Source: a virus (taxonomy: Duplodnaviria > Heunggongvirae > Uroviricota > Caudoviricetes). Taken from it: a stretch of DNA of 38,438 nt. The stretch lies in the IMG/VR virus record IMGVR_UViG_2648501437_000025. The stretch is one strand, 5' to 3'. Both the position numbers and the translations under genes were made by a program. The notes under the pieces are model-generated. The model made no database searches, had not been told where the DNA came from, and saw only the letters and a list, made by a program, of their open reading frames with translations. The first letter of the stretch is position 1; every line of letters starts with the position of its first letter. This document shows, piece after piece, positions 1-10,381 of this stretch.

Positions 1-1980
1 GGCATTTACGGGAGAAAAAATCGGCTCAAACATGAAGAAATGAAATGACTGAGTCAGCCGAGAAGTATTTCCCCGCTTATTCGCACCTTCCCTAGCTCTC
101 TGCTGCTCCCGGGTCTGATATTGTTTTGAAAAAGCATCTGCTCTCTGTCTGAGTTCAATTCCTTCCTGTTGTCGCTTGTTGTAATCGTTTATTGATGAAT
201 TTAGTACGTCCTGAGCAATTTTTTCTGCTTGAAGTATGCCCAATTGCTGCTTTAATCGTGCCAGCTTTTTATTTTGAGCTCCGCCATCTCCAATGCCACC
301 TAACCCGAAAACTCCGGGTCGGATATTTTTTTCTATTTCATCAATTTGACGGAGAACATCTGAGATTTTTTGATCAAGGGAGGCCTCACGGCCAATATCC
401 AGCATGGAATCCCATGCCCATTTTGCGGAGTCTGCGACAGCTTTCCATGCAGTCTCAAGATAACCAAGATTTTCTTTAATCTGGTTGGTGCGCTGGATCA
501 TTGAGGATGAGTATGCTTCTGTCGCAATGCGGGCGGCCTCCTGCTGGTTCCCTTCATCCTGTAGCGCCTTAATCTGGTTATAAATCGCAAGTGTCAGAAA
601 ATGGTACTGATCATTAAGTTTTGATATAGCACTGACAGGATCCTTTGCAATTTCATTGAAGTCATTAACCAGTTGTTCGGTTGATATTCCTGTTACTTCG
701 CTCGTTTTTACTATCGCTGTCGTCACTTGCTCCAGCGAACTGCTCGCTACCTTTCCCGAACGCACAAGCTGGTTTAATACTGCCGCCGCAGCGCCAGTTG
801 TCGAATCAGCCGCATTCCCGGCACGTTGAGCTATATCGGCCAATTGCCCGCTGGTTGTCCCCAACTGATTTCCGGTAAGAATAAGAGATTTATTAAATTC
901 GTCCTGCTCCTGAGAGCCTTTATAGTAAGCCAGCCCTAAGACGCCAACGGCTGCTGCGGCCAGGGTAAAAGGATTAATTAATCCCAGCACATAAGAACCT
1001 ACACCTTTGATCGCCGGGCCAATCCCACCGAACATATCTTTTAGCTGGCCGCCCTGCTGCATTAACACCATAAATGGCGACTGACCAGTGGACAACCCAA
1101 CAACAATATCCGTCATTTGTGCAGGCAACATGCGCATAGCAAAAGCCGTTTGTTTTGCCGACATTCCGGTTTTGCTTAATTGCGATTGAGTAACCTCAAG
1201 CTCACTCCGCATAGCACGAAGTTTTCCAGAAAGCTCCTCATACATTTCAGGAGAAAGCATCCCCTTAGCTTTTGCTTCATTGAGCTGTTTCTGTTGTTCT
1301 ACCAGACGATTAAAAGCAGTTCCGACAGGATCAAGTTGAGCAATCAGACGTTGCAAAGCAGCAACCTGTTCATCATGTGCTTTTGCTGCTTCTCGCTCTG
1401 CCTGAGCCTCTCCGGTAAGCTCTCGCCGTGTTTCCTGTATTTTTCGGCTATAATTCTCAAACTGAGAACCATTTATTTTCCCGGATGCAAACGCAGCATT
1501 AAGTTCATCCTGCTGTTGTTCAAGATTTCTTAGCGCCGCAGCCAGAGGGTCGATCTTGTCCAGCATTCTTTGAAAGGCCTGAGCCTGCGCTTCCTGCTGG
1601 GCGGCAGCAAGTTTTCCAGCCTTCTCGGCTTCTCTCTGCGCTTGCGCAACCCCGCTCAATTCCTCTGTGGTTTCATTAAGTTTACGGACAAGAAATTCAT
1701 ATTCTTCTTTATCAATAAGCCCTTTATCGAAAAATTTCTTTAATTCAGAATAGCGTCGACCGACAGTATCAATTGCGGCACCAACTGGATCAATAGCTGC
1801 TTTTAATTTTGCGAGCGCGTTCTTCTCATCTTCTGTTGCCTTAGTCACTTTCCCTGCGCTATTTGCAGCAGTTTCCCCAGCCTGCGTCATTTTGACTAAT
1901 GAGGAGGTCAGATTGTCAGCATTATTTTTCGCTCCAGTGCTATCAATAATTATTGCGAGACGCGAGGTTTGCTCTGCCAT
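1..1980 (-). CDS. Tail tape measure protein, 5' part only (ORF runs off the window start)
   Basis: Minus-strand ATG at 1978-1980 preceded by AGGAG; my translation of the first ~100 codons is Ala/Leu/Lys/Glu-rich and coiled-coil-like ([40 protein letters not shown]...); position directly downstream of the tail chaperone pair. Absence from the complete-ORF track is consistent with the frame staying open to position 1; I did not translate the full length. Confidence 0.7.
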   Translation of the reverse strand, partial: MAEQTSRLAIIIDSTGAKNNADNLTSSLVKMTQAGETAANSAGKVTKATEDEKNALAKLKAAIDPVGAAIDTVGRRYSELKKFFDKGLIDKEEYEFLVRKLNETTEELSGVAQAQREAEKAGKLAAAQQEAQAQAFQRMLDKIDPLAAALRNLEQQQDELNAAFASGKINGSQFENYSRKIQETRRELTGEAQAEREAAKAHDEQVAALQRLIAQLDPVGTAFNRLVEQQKQLNEAKAKGMLSPEMYEELSGKLRAMRSELEVTQSQLSKTGMSAKQTAFAMRMLPAQMTDIVVGLSTGQSPFMVLMQQGGQLKDMFGGIGPAIKGVGSYVLGLINPFTLAAAAVGVLGLAYYKGSQEQDEFNKSLILTGNQLGTTSGQLADIAQRAGNAADSTTGAAAAVLNQLVRSGKVASSSLEQVTTAIVKTSEVTGISTEQLVNDFNEIAKDPVSAISKLNDQYHFLTLAIYNQIKALQDEGNQQEAARIATEAYSSSMIQRTNQIKENLGYLETAWKAVADSAKWAWDSMLDIGREASLDQKISDVLRQIDEIEKNIRPGVFGLGGIGDGGAQNKKLARLKQQLGILQAEKIAQDVLNSSINDYNKRQQEGIELRQRADAFSKQYQTREQQRAREGANKRGNTSRLTQSFHFFMFEPIFSPVNA

Positions 1981-2000
1981 TTATTAAAACTCCTGACAAC

Positions 2001-2020
2001 AAAAAACCCACCGAAGTGGG
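2001..2020 (-). terminator. Hairpin with cUUCGg loop followed by U-run on the minus strand, between tail chaperone and tape measure genes
   Basis: Plus strand aaaaaa-cccac-cgaa-gtggg; on the minus strand this is a GC stem with UUCG loop followed by U6, immediately upstream of the tape measure RBS. Confidence 0.45.
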
Positions 2021-2143
2021 TTTCAGGCGACATAATAGTAGAAATAGCGATTACGAGGCCACGCAATGCTTTTCTCCAGGAGCATCATCGATTTAATTAA
2101 AGACACCATCACATCTCTGTAACAGAGTGTACGTAATTAACAA

Positions 2144-2466
2144 CTACACACACTGCTCCTGAAAATACTGGTCATCCAGTGCAAAGATCACTGCTTCAAA
2201 TTCATCGCGCTCAATCAATACCGGATGAGTGGCTAAATATTCATTTATCTCTGTCAGAGATAAAGGCAAAGGCACCCCAGTCATTCCAGCATAACGTCGG
2301 GCACGGGATATTACCGAATAGGCGTACAACAATTCCTTAAGCACCGGGTCTATTTCTGGTTCCGGTATCGGTGGCAACCTGAGTTTTTCTCGCTTCCATC
2401 TTGCCTTTTCCCCCCTTTCTCCCCCGAACTCCGATAACCACCGTTGGGCGGCTATGGCTTTTTTAT
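2144..2466 (-). CDS. Tail assembly chaperone -1 frameshift extension (T portion of a G/GT pair)
   Basis: Frame open from the slippery site at the end of the upstream chaperone ORF through 2144; -1 frame relative to 2452..2913; no independent ATG or RBS. Confidence 0.6.
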
Positions 2467-2913
2467 CGTATCCTGCTTCTGCTGCTCTTTACCCTGGGCG
2501 ATGCTGGCTGCTTCTGCAAGGATCTGCCAGTACAACTCTGGATTCTGCTTAAGCAGCGCGATCCCTCGTTCTGGCGTATATTCCAGTGCAACCTCAACAC
2601 CATTAACCAGTTCACCAACCCCTTTCCAGTCTTTCAGCAGATAACGAGCGGCATTATCAATGAGTAAATCATCAACAGAATCCACCTCGGAAACCTTTGA
2701 AATATCAAACTCCTTCGTTCCGACGTGCAAACTGGCATCCATTTTCTCAATGTGGCGACGGATTAATGCATTACGGGAGCGATACTGATCGTTATCGCTG
2801 CTTGCCACCAACAGTTTTAACCCGTCTACAGGTTTTAAGTCCTTCATTGGCGTAAACCAGCGTTCTCCACCGATGATAATTTTCTGATTAAGAATAAACA
2901 TCCATAACCTCAT
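2452..2913 (-). CDS. Tail assembly chaperone (G-like)
   Basis: 153-aa ORF between major tail protein and tape measure; ends ...ATA AAA AAG CCA TAG, with the heptamer A AAA AAG in frame. Confidence 0.65.
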   Translation of the reverse strand: MRLWMFILNQKIIIGGERWFTPMKDLKPVDGLKLLVASSDNDQYRSRNALIRRHIEKMDASLHVGTKEFDISKVSEVDSVDDLLIDNAARYLLKDWKGVGELVNGVEVALEYTPERGIALLKQNPELYWQILAEAASIAQGKEQQKQDTIKKP

Positions 2914-2961
2914 TCAATGCGTCCCCCTGTAGTGCAGTACCACAGGGGGAATAACGGAAAA

Positions 2962-3924
2962 TCAACTAATCGCCTCAGCACTGGCTTTTGCGATCACGGC
3001 AGCCGGGGAGTTTTTTTTTCTGGTTATCGTAGGTGCTTCATCTGCTGCGGTAATGCTCAGTTGAACCTGGATAATGTCAGTATTACCACCGTCAGGCCAT
3101 TCACCTGACACCTGAACCTTCGGGAAACTGAAAGTGTATGCCCCCTCTCCATTCGAAAGCGTGAAGCTGAACGGAACTGTTTCTCCAGTCAGTGTTTTAC
3201 TCCAGATTTCCCACGCGGCTTTAGACCATGAAAGCGTCACCGTACCGGACGGTGTAAAAGTAGTCGGAATATTTGCTCCTGCATAAGGCGAGCCAGTCCC
3301 GATACAACGCTGTGTCTGGAGTTTGTTATCGAACTGAATATCAAAACTGTCGATACAAAAACCGTTACCTCCGGCAACACCATTCAGGCTTACTGCTGAA
3401 ACCTCCTTAAACGAATAACGTAGCTTTCCTGCACTATCCACAGGTTCGCCTTTGATAAAATTCGTATCATCGGCCTTTGATTCCCAGTCCAGTCCGGCAA
3501 AGGTTACGGTCGCTGTAATATCGCCGTCGTTAGGGATCTGCATTTTCCATGAGCCAACCTGCGCTCCTCTGACGACAGAGGCAATTCCGACATCGGACGC
3601 ATAGGTCGCCAGAGAAAATGTTATTCGCTCATTCCCCATTGTCAGAGAATCGCCTGACCATTCCGCGCCGAAACAGGATGCAAGAAAATCATCATGTTGA
3701 CCCCAGCGAAATTTGGTACCAACATCACCGCCGACATCCACAGTGCCAGGCGTCGCCCCCTGAGCCATCCGGGAGCCACCAATCTCATTATTTTCGCCTT
3801 TATTCTGGGTGGGTTTTACTCCCCAGCTTGTGCGTTTTAATAAACTCCAGTCACCACTTGCTGGCGTAGTGCCTGCAACCGTCTCCCGGATAAATGCCGA
3901 GATAACCTTTGCACCTGAACTCAC
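2962..3924 (-). CDS. Major tail (tube) protein
   Basis: 320-aa Gly/Thr/Ser-rich ORF upstream of the chaperone/tape measure genes; canonical siphovirus position. Confidence 0.6.
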   Translation of the reverse strand: MSSGAKVISAFIRETVAGTTPASGDWSLLKRTSWGVKPTQNKGENNEIGGSRMAQGATPGTVDVGGDVGTKFRWGQHDDFLASCFGAEWSGDSLTMGNERITFSLATYASDVGIASVVRGAQVGSWKMQIPNDGDITATVTFAGLDWESKADDTNFIKGEPVDSAGKLRYSFKEVSAVSLNGVAGGNGFCIDSFDIQFDNKLQTQRCIGTGSPYAGANIPTTFTPSGTVTLSWSKAAWEIWSKTLTGETVPFSFTLSNGEGAYTFSFPKVQVSGEWPDGGNTDIIQVQLSITAADEAPTITRKKNSPAAVIAKASAEAIS

Positions 3925-3950
3925 AGGAGCCTCCTATGTCATTAATTGCG

Positions 3951-4343
3951 CTAGAGCGCGCGATATGGAATTTGAAGATTAAGCTGGAACCAGCCATTCT
4001 TTTCGCCAACGGTTATTGAGGAAACAGCCTGGTAACTGAGACGGTCGTCATCCTGAAACTCAAACAGTTCCCGCAATTTATCGGCTGTCTCAGTAATGAG
4101 TTTTGAACCAGAACCTGCGGGGACAAATAACTGAATAATGATTATCCCCGTGCGATAAACAACCGGCCCCGCGCCAATTTCATTAACTCCAGCCTGCCCG
4201 GGAATATTACTTAACCGCGCCCAGATTAACTTACCGGAAGGATCGAACGTTGGCCCGTTCGGATACAATACGTCTTTTCCATTAATAACCGTCTGTGCCG
4301 TCATTCTGGAAATGACCGTATTTCTGATTTCAGTAAACGTCAT
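3951..4343 (-). CDS. Tail completion / tail terminator-like protein
   Basis: 130-aa ORF immediately upstream of the major tail gene; assignment by gene order. Confidence 0.4.
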   Translation of the reverse strand: MTFTEIRNTVISRMTAQTVINGKDVLYPNGPTFDPSGKLIWARLSNIPGQAGVNEIGAGPVVYRTGIIIIQLFVPAGSGSKLITETADKLRELFEFQDDDRLSYQAVSSITVGEKNGWFQLNLQIPYRAL

Positions 4344-4720
4344 TTGTAAGCCTGTAAAACACCATGAAAAGCGTTGGCATACACGCCAGTTGGCGCTTGT
4401 TGTGAATGACCGTTTTCAAGAGCCTCTGCATAAGGAAGGTTATTCTGGATATAAATAATTCCGTAATTTGCAGCTTTCGAAATAACCCCGATCCCACGCT
4501 GAACCGCAATCGTACCGTTCGGATCCACGTTATCAGATATACCAAAATCGGGATGCTGTAACGACACCATGTTGTTATTTCTGAAACGCCCGGTATCAAC
4601 CGGAGCAGCAATATCGATAGCAGTAAGAATCTGAATAGCGATGTAGCGAATTTTCAGCCCCACATCTTCCTCAATCATCCCGGCAAATATTGACGGTTCG
4701 ATATCCCATGCCTTTGCCAT
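4340..4720 (-). CDS. Head-tail joining / minor tail protein
   Basis: 126-aa ORF, stop/start overlap with neighbours in the structural operon. Confidence 0.4.
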   Translation of the reverse strand: MAKAWDIEPSIFAGMIEEDVGLKIRYIAIQILTAIDIAAPVDTGRFRNNNMVSLQHPDFGISDNVDPNGTIAVQRGIGVISKAANYGIIYIQNNLPYAEALENGHSQQAPTGVYANAFHGVLQAYK

Positions 4721-5107
4721 TTACGCTCTCCTTAACTGGATTGAGTAAACTGATGCGGAAGGATCTACACTCGCTGTAATTACCTCGTATCGTTGCAACT
4801 GCCTTGATACAGGATCATAAATCTCAATAATATGGCCGACAGCGGGTTTATCCGTAACCTCGCATACCAGAGCTGTTAATTTAAGGTCACCATGCAAAAT
4901 ATTAATCCCATCAATTCTGCCCAGCTTATAACGCGTCAACACGCCTCGCCCGGTATAGGTTGCTGTGGATTCGCCGCCAGTTTCCGTCACAGGATCCCAG
5001 TTCCGGTGCGTAACGTAAGAACCAGAAAAATCACTCACGGCGTCTGCTAAATCCTCATCAAAAGCAGCGGCAACCTCTGACTGAATCTCTTCACGAAGCC
5101 CCATCAT
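4721..5107 (-). CDS. Head-tail adaptor / head closure protein
   Basis: 128-aa ORF, tightly packed with flanking genes; assignment by gene order. Confidence 0.4.
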   Translation of the reverse strand: MMGLREEIQSEVAAAFDEDLADAVSDFSGSYVTHRNWDPVTETGGESTATYTGRGVLTRYKLGRIDGINILHGDLKLTALVCEVTDKPAVGHIIEIYDPVSRQLQRYEVITASVDPSASVYSIQLRRA

Positions 5108-5499
5108 CCCCCCCTCACAACCCTGACTTGTGAGCGACTAAGTCCGTACGGTTTCAGCAGTGCTATCGCAAGCTGTAAATCGGGTTCAAGCAATGCAGTG
5201 CTGTTTGCTGGCAATTCAGCAAATGATTTCGATACACTGACCCCGTCAGCCGACACGGTTTTACTGATAACAACGCCAGAATCATTTTTCTGCTGAAACA
5301 ACTTACCGACAGAGGCAATTCTGGCTGCATATGCTCCCGCAAGTTTTACCTCTTCCGGAATACGGGATGGGTTAATTTTCAGGCCGAAGCCATTAAGCCA
5401 GGCATTAGCCATTAAAACAGCTTTATTTTTAGCGTTCTCACTCGTCCAGGCGTTCCCAAACGCATTATCAACGTCATCACAGGTCACGTAAGTGATCAT
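5104..5499 (-). CDS. Head-tail connector protein (gp6-like)
   Basis: 131-aa ORF downstream of the capsid gene; N-terminal region resembles gp6-type connector proteins from memory. Confidence 0.45.
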   Translation of the reverse strand: MITYVTCDDVDNAFGNAWTSENAKNKAVLMANAWLNGFGLKINPSRIPEEVKLAGAYAARIASVGKLFQQKNDSGVVISKTVSADGVSVSKSFAELPANSTALLEPDLQLAIALLKPYGLSRSQVRVVRGG

Positions 5500-5502
5500 G
5501 TG

Positions 5503-5727
5503 TTACTCCTGAGTTTTCCAGCCCAGAGCCTTCCAGTTGTCAACTTCATCAGGATGAACATTAGCGATAGTTGGTGCGCAGGGAAACATCTGATAATCGG
5601 TCACCATAACCACTAACTCAATTTGCGTTTTTTGTGGCTCCTGAATTTGCTCCACATTTTGCTCCACCACTGCATTTTTTTGCGCGGCTTCACGCTGTGC
5701 TCTTTGCTCTTTAGTTAATCCGGCCAT
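5503..5727 (-). CDS. Small head-associated protein (function unknown)
   Basis: 74-aa ORF directly downstream of the major capsid gene. Confidence 0.35.
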   Translation of the reverse strand: MAGLTKEQRAQREAAQKNAVVEQNVEQIQEPQKTQIELVVMVTDYQMFPCAPTIANVHPDEVDNWKALGWKTQE

Positions 5728-5769
5728 ATACCCTCCATTAAAAATGGGGCCGAAGCCCCGTTTGGATGT

Positions 5770-6909
5770 TTAACCAAGAATCAGACAACCATGTGCCGGT
5801 TTCACTGACGAAACACCCCATGCCAGTCCAACTTCATAGCGCACCTGGCGATACTGACGATACAGTGCAATCTGGAACGTAATCCCTGAAATCGGGTCCG
5901 TAACATTCATTACATCATCAGCATTATCGCCACCTTCCGGCATTGCCGGAGTACGGGATGCCAGCAGAAACGCGTTGCGATCAAACGCCATATTTGCAGT
6001 AAAGGAGCCAACAACTGTGATTGCAGTATCATCGGCCAGATCCTGACGCAGTCCCGGTGCTGCAAGAGTAATCAGATTGCTGGTCGCTGCTGCCACAACA
6101 TACTGATTCGGATCGCCAGCGAACGTAACAATCTGACCTGCAGAAATACTCCCCGAACCTGTATCAATGGAAATAAGAACATCGCCTTCTTTTTTCTCGC
6201 CATTCACGAGATAACCAGTTGCTGCAACCTTTGGCGCTCGTTTTACACCTGCCGAACTGTGAATATTGAATCCCTCCAGACGCCCCAACACGCCCTCACG
6301 CAGTAGCTGTTCAGTGCCGGATTCATTCACTTTAAACAATACAGACTGTTTTCCGCGCAAATTAGCAATGGCAGTGGAACCAAGCACCATCTGCAGATCT
6401 GTTGTCGGTGCGCCGTTATCCTCCAGAACCTGACGAGCCAGAGCAGCATCAGAAAGATCATCTTTAACACCAAACGGCGTTGTCCCTGCGGTTCCCACGG
6501 CGCGGGAAGCACCGAAATACAACGCACCAAGATCAGCCTCAACCTCGTTTGCAAGGGCGCGAAAAGCCTGCTTGAACTGATCAGCCAGAATGGTGTTGTA
6601 AGTCCCTGAAGGGCCAAGAGCCAGTTGTTCTTCACCATTCCATTTAACCGGCGCCATTTTGGATTTAGTAATTTTTACATCAACAGTGCCAATATTTTGA
6701 TCACCGGTATTCGGAGCTGACGGCCCCGGTACGATATCTTCGGTTTTCGCCTCAGGCGCAACTGGCGCGGTTACCGTCTGATCTTTTGCTGCGGCGTCAG
6801 CTTTTGCGTTTTTTGCTACCGCAGGGATAAAACCTACCTGCTCACGGGATACAACATCCAGGGCGGTGTAAATAGTCGGGATCAACCCGGTCAGGGTATT
6901 TCCAGCCAT
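5770..6909 (-). CDS. Major capsid protein
   Basis: Long ORF in capsid position; start placed at ATG 6909 (MAGNTLTGL...) with AAGGA upstream; the ORF track extends to 7002. Confidence 0.6.
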   Translation of the reverse strand: MAGNTLTGLIPTIYTALDVVSREQVGFIPAVAKNAKADAAAKDQTVTAPVAPEAKTEDIVPGPSAPNTGDQNIGTVDVKITKSKMAPVKWNGEEQLALGPSGTYNTILADQFKQAFRALANEVEADLGALYFGASRAVGTAGTTPFGVKDDLSDAALARQVLEDNGAPTTDLQMVLGSTAIANLRGKQSVLFKVNESGTEQLLREGVLGRLEGFNIHSSAGVKRAPKVAATGYLVNGEKKEGDVLISIDTGSGSISAGQIVTFAGDPNQYVVAAATSNLITLAAPGLRQDLADDTAITVVGSFTANMAFDRNAFLLASRTPAMPEGGDNADDVMNVTDPISGITFQIALYRQYRQVRYEVGLAWGVSSVKPAHGCLILG

Positions 6910-7007
6910 AATTAAATATTCCTTAAAAATTTGCGTAATTGTGAATGGATTGAGTAGTGAGCTATCCAGCCCTGACACCAACTCCCATCCGGAAGCTGGC
7001 AAATGTA

Positions 7008-7772
7008 TTAATCAACGATTGTGATACCGTCTTTCAGTGCGTTTTGCTTACCTGCAACATCCAGTGCATCAAAAGCAGAGCGTTTCATCGTTTTCTGACC
7101 AATATCATGCTGTGTCGGACGGGAACCGCCGCCATTGTTGCCACTGGCTTTCAGGATGTAGTCTTTCTGAGGGTAATTTTCGACGAGGAACTCCAGCGCC
7201 TCATCAAACTGCGCCAGTTCTCCTGGCTTCGCGCGGGAATAAATTTTGTTGCCGGAAGCGTCATAAGCAACGATCTTCCCTTCTTCCACTTTGAATGCCT
7301 GTCCGAAGCGGGCTTGTAATAAATCTGCCGGGATCGCAATTTTATCGGCAATATATTTTGAACCTGCAAAACTACCGCCAATCATAGAATCGTAAAGCTG
7401 CTTCTCCAGCATCTGAGAGCGTTGCTTTTCTTCATCTAATTGCTGCTGAAAATTTTTCGTAATTTCTGCCTTAACCTGGTCAACCTGTCCCGCATCGATC
7501 AGCTTTTTCTGGTCGATTTTTGACAGCATTTCCAGTGCCTCAATCGCCTTCTTCGGGTCTTCGATAGCGGCAAACTTAGCCAGTTTTTCCTCTGCAGCTT
7601 CTTTAGCCAGGCGATGATTTTTTGCCTCGCCATTAAGCTCTGTAATTTTTTTTGTCGCCAGCGGTGCATCGAAGCCGATTTCTTTACCATCGTCGTGCAC
7701 ATAGACTGGCAGGCCAGCAGTATCAATTTCTGCGTATTGTTTTCCGTTAATCTCGACCGTTTTCAGTTTCAT
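7008..7772 (-). CDS. Putative head scaffolding protein
   Basis: ORF between the Mu-F-like head protein and the capsid gene; charged central region; start placed at ATG 7772 (MKLKTVEING...), alternative 7817. Confidence 0.4.
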   Translation of the reverse strand: MKLKTVEINGKQYAEIDTAGLPVYVHDDGKEIGFDAPLATKKITELNGEAKNHRLAKEAAEEKLAKFAAIEDPKKAIEALEMLSKIDQKKLIDAGQVDQVKAEITKNFQQQLDEEKQRSQMLEKQLYDSMIGGSFAGSKYIADKIAIPADLLQARFGQAFKVEEGKIVAYDASGNKIYSRAKPGELAQFDEALEFLVENYPQKDYILKASGNNGGGSRPTQHDIGQKTMKRSAFDALDVAGKQNALKDGITIVD

Positions 7773-7832
7773 ATTAGTACCTGGTTTAAGTCTTCCGACA
7801 GTTGCGCTGCTCACCATCCGGATCGCAGCAAT

Positions 7833-7856
7833 AAAAAAGGCCCCCCGAAGGGGGCC
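7833..7856 (-). terminator. GC-rich hairpin with UUCG-type loop plus U-run, between head morphogenesis and scaffold genes
   Basis: Plus strand aaaaaa-ggcccccc-gaag-ggggcc; on the minus strand a GC stem followed by U6. Confidence 0.45.
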
Positions 7857-7876
7857 TGTTGTAATAAATGATTTAT

Positions 7877-8992
7877 TTAAATCCCTGCTTTTCTGAATGC
7901 CTGTGCATCACGCTCTCGGAGTTGCTTCAGTGTCAGCCATTCGCCTTTATCGGTGTAAAATTCATCTGGCGACATACCGCCATCCCGAATCAGCTTTGCC
8001 CGGGTTTCCCCCACAATCTGTTTTTGTCTGGTGTAAGGCTGGCGCAAAAACCATTCCCTGTAGGTTGTATCTCCGGCCACCACGCCATCCATGCTGGCCC
8101 GCTCAGCCGGGGAAATATCACGAACATCAATACCCAGTTCCTTCGCTGATTTCAGAATGAACGTTTCCGTTGAGCGGCAGCAGAAATGAATTTTTCCCGG
8201 CCCCTGCAAATAAGGCACGCTGTGACCTACAGGTTTATTATCCAGCGTATATTTGAGGCGATCCCTGATTCGACATTGTGGCGTAGTACGATTATCAAGC
8301 GTTGATAACCATTGCTTACCCTTAATCAAATCATTATTCGCGCGTGCAAAACTCTCACGAGCAGTAGCAGCAAGATGTCCAACCGCTGTTTTTGCAATGC
8401 TGGCCGCATTAGCCCGGCTCATCTGCAATGCACCATCCTGAAATCCCTTACTGACATGTCCCCGAATTTTTCTTGCGATCTGCTCATTGGTATCCCCCAG
8501 CAAAAAACCCTGACGCACCGTATTTGTTATGCGTCTGAGCCGATCCGCCTCAAGATCTGAGGCCCACTCACTGAGCAGTCGTCCCTGGAATGGTCGCGCC
8601 ATTGCAGCGGCGTAAAGTGCATCAGAAGAGATACCAACCAGAGGGTGAACATCAGCAACAAAATCAGGTAGCAGAGAATTAAACAGACTTAACTGATAAC
8701 CAGCCTCATAAATTGCCAGCTCGTTCAGCTCTCCGGAGAGACTGGTAAACATGCTGTTAATAGCAGCGCGGTTAACTTCTCTGACACTCGCCAGAAGTGA
8801 CTCCAGGCGCGTAACGGTAAAACTACCAGGATCGAGGCTGTCCAGTGCTACCAGCAGGCGAGCTGTAAGCTCCGCATCGCTGTCATTCAGTATTTTCACC
8901 ATTCTGGCAGCCACACCAGTGCTATAGCGGGATATCCAGACTGCATGAGCAATTGATTCATCACGCAGCCGTTCATTCACGGTTTGCATCAT
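7877..8992 (-). CDS. Head morphogenesis protein (Mu gpF / SPP1 gp7-like minor head protein)
   Basis: 371-aa ORF immediately after the portal gene; C-terminal region with a Cys pair (...HFCCRS...) that I associate with this family. Confidence 0.7.
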   Translation of the reverse strand: MMQTVNERLRDESIAHAVWISRYSTGVAARMVKILNDSDAELTARLLVALDSLDPGSFTVTRLESLLASVREVNRAAINSMFTSLSGELNELAIYEAGYQLSLFNSLLPDFVADVHPLVGISSDALYAAAMARPFQGRLLSEWASDLEADRLRRITNTVRQGFLLGDTNEQIARKIRGHVSKGFQDGALQMSRANAASIAKTAVGHLAATARESFARANNDLIKGKQWLSTLDNRTTPQCRIRDRLKYTLDNKPVGHSVPYLQGPGKIHFCCRSTETFILKSAKELGIDVRDISPAERASMDGVVAGDTTYREWFLRQPYTRQKQIVGETRAKLIRDGGMSPDEFYTDKGEWLTLKQLRERDAQAFRKAGI

Positions 8993-10379
8993 TGATTTCC
9001 ATCAGCATTACACTCTGATTTTTTAATTCATCGATCACTTCCTCTGGACGGGAATCCTGATCGATAAATTTCAACGCCTGCAACACCCGAACCGCATCAA
9101 TCTGACGTATATCACCGCCCTGACGCAATGACTGAACAGCCAGCGCGGAGGATGAGTCAAACACCTGGGCAGATACATCCAGTTCAGTGCGCACATCCAC
9201 ATTGCCACCGCAACTCTCTCCGCTCCATTCCGCCATTATCTGGAGAATATTATCGAGGGCATCTTCGAGGGAGTTCGCCATTGTATAAAGCGGCGAGTGT
9301 TCCTGCATCCGCTCTTCATTAGTCTGATCAACAGATTTGGTGGATGTATTTTCAGCCCGCAGAAGTTTAGCGCCGGCATGACGCATCTGATTTTCCAGCT
9401 TCTCAAGTGATGTTTCGCCAGATTCTATCGCTGCGCCACTATGTTCAACATATTCGAGGCCATTTTTTGTTCTGTCCTCAAAAATTGTAGCGGTGGATGC
9501 ACCAACCGTCAGTTCTTCATTCCTGTCCAGCCCGTAGGCCACCAGCAATGGAACGCGGGCAACATGAAGAATATTGTCCTGCTCGCTCTGGCTTTGCCAG
9601 TGCTTGATATTCAGCAAGCCAAGATTAAGCAATGGCGGTGTACCACGCATAAACCCTGTTTTCTTCGTATACAGTGTTACCAGAGGAATATCATCACGGC
9701 TGGTATTCCATGACTCATGAAGCGTCCAGACAGATTCGCCATTAGTACCTTCGCTGCGTCGATAAATTTCAACTCGACGGGGCATAATATGGCGGATCTG
9801 CTCCACCTTCTTCTGCCCGAAATCATCACCATCAATAATGATGACCTCTTTTATACGCAAATCAGTGAGAACAACTTTCCCTTTTTCAACTTTCGATTTC
9901 CATCCAATAACCTGGCGTGGATTCAGCATCGTAACGTACGGGCGACCACCGGCCGCGTTTTCATCGGCTTTTGTCCGAATCTCTTTCATATCCGTTCGTG
10001 GATAGTCCACCAGCGCATGTGCCACACCATACTGAAATGCGAGACTGAAAAATTGCTGCGCCCACACATCCAGTCGGCTCCCCTCCATGTCGATATTTTC
10101 TGCATATTCCCTGATTTTTTCCGGCGTTTCCTCACTCAATACTGTCGGCTCTGCAAATATGCGCCCAATATTTTGTTTGATGCTTTCTTCATACACAGGA
10201 AGTAGCGTAGCCACAGACAGGCGTTTTTTATAAGCGTCTTCATCTTCATTAGGCCATTTGGGGAGATAATTTTCCCCCTGCCTGCGCATTTCAAGCGTAC
10301 CGCCCATCAATGCGTCGTTAATATCCCACGCCTCCAGCATATCGTTATAGTCGAGGTTGGGTGTTGATATATCAGCCAT
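8973..10379 (-). CDS. Portal protein
   Basis: 468-aa ORF directly downstream of the large terminase gene; size and position typical. Confidence 0.75.
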   Translation of the reverse strand: MADISTPNLDYNDMLEAWDINDALMGGTLEMRRQGENYLPKWPNEDEDAYKKRLSVATLLPVYEESIKQNIGRIFAEPTVLSEETPEKIREYAENIDMEGSRLDVWAQQFFSLAFQYGVAHALVDYPRTDMKEIRTKADENAAGGRPYVTMLNPRQVIGWKSKVEKGKVVLTDLRIKEVIIIDGDDFGQKKVEQIRHIMPRRVEIYRRSEGTNGESVWTLHESWNTSRDDIPLVTLYTKKTGFMRGTPPLLNLGLLNIKHWQSQSEQDNILHVARVPLLVAYGLDRNEELTVGASTATIFEDRTKNGLEYVEHSGAAIESGETSLEKLENQMRHAGAKLLRAENTSTKSVDQTNEERMQEHSPLYTMANSLEDALDNILQIMAEWSGESCGGNVDVRTELDVSAQVFDSSSALAVQSLRQGGDIRQIDAVRVLQALKFIDQDSRPEEVIDELKNQSVMLMEINDANRE

Positions 10380-10381
10380 AA

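Noticed and set aside
192-1533. Plus-strand ORFs 192..479, 681..878 and 1180..1533
   Set aside because: They lie antisense within the open minus-strand tape measure frame, have low-complexity translations and no convincing RBS; treated as shadow ORFs.
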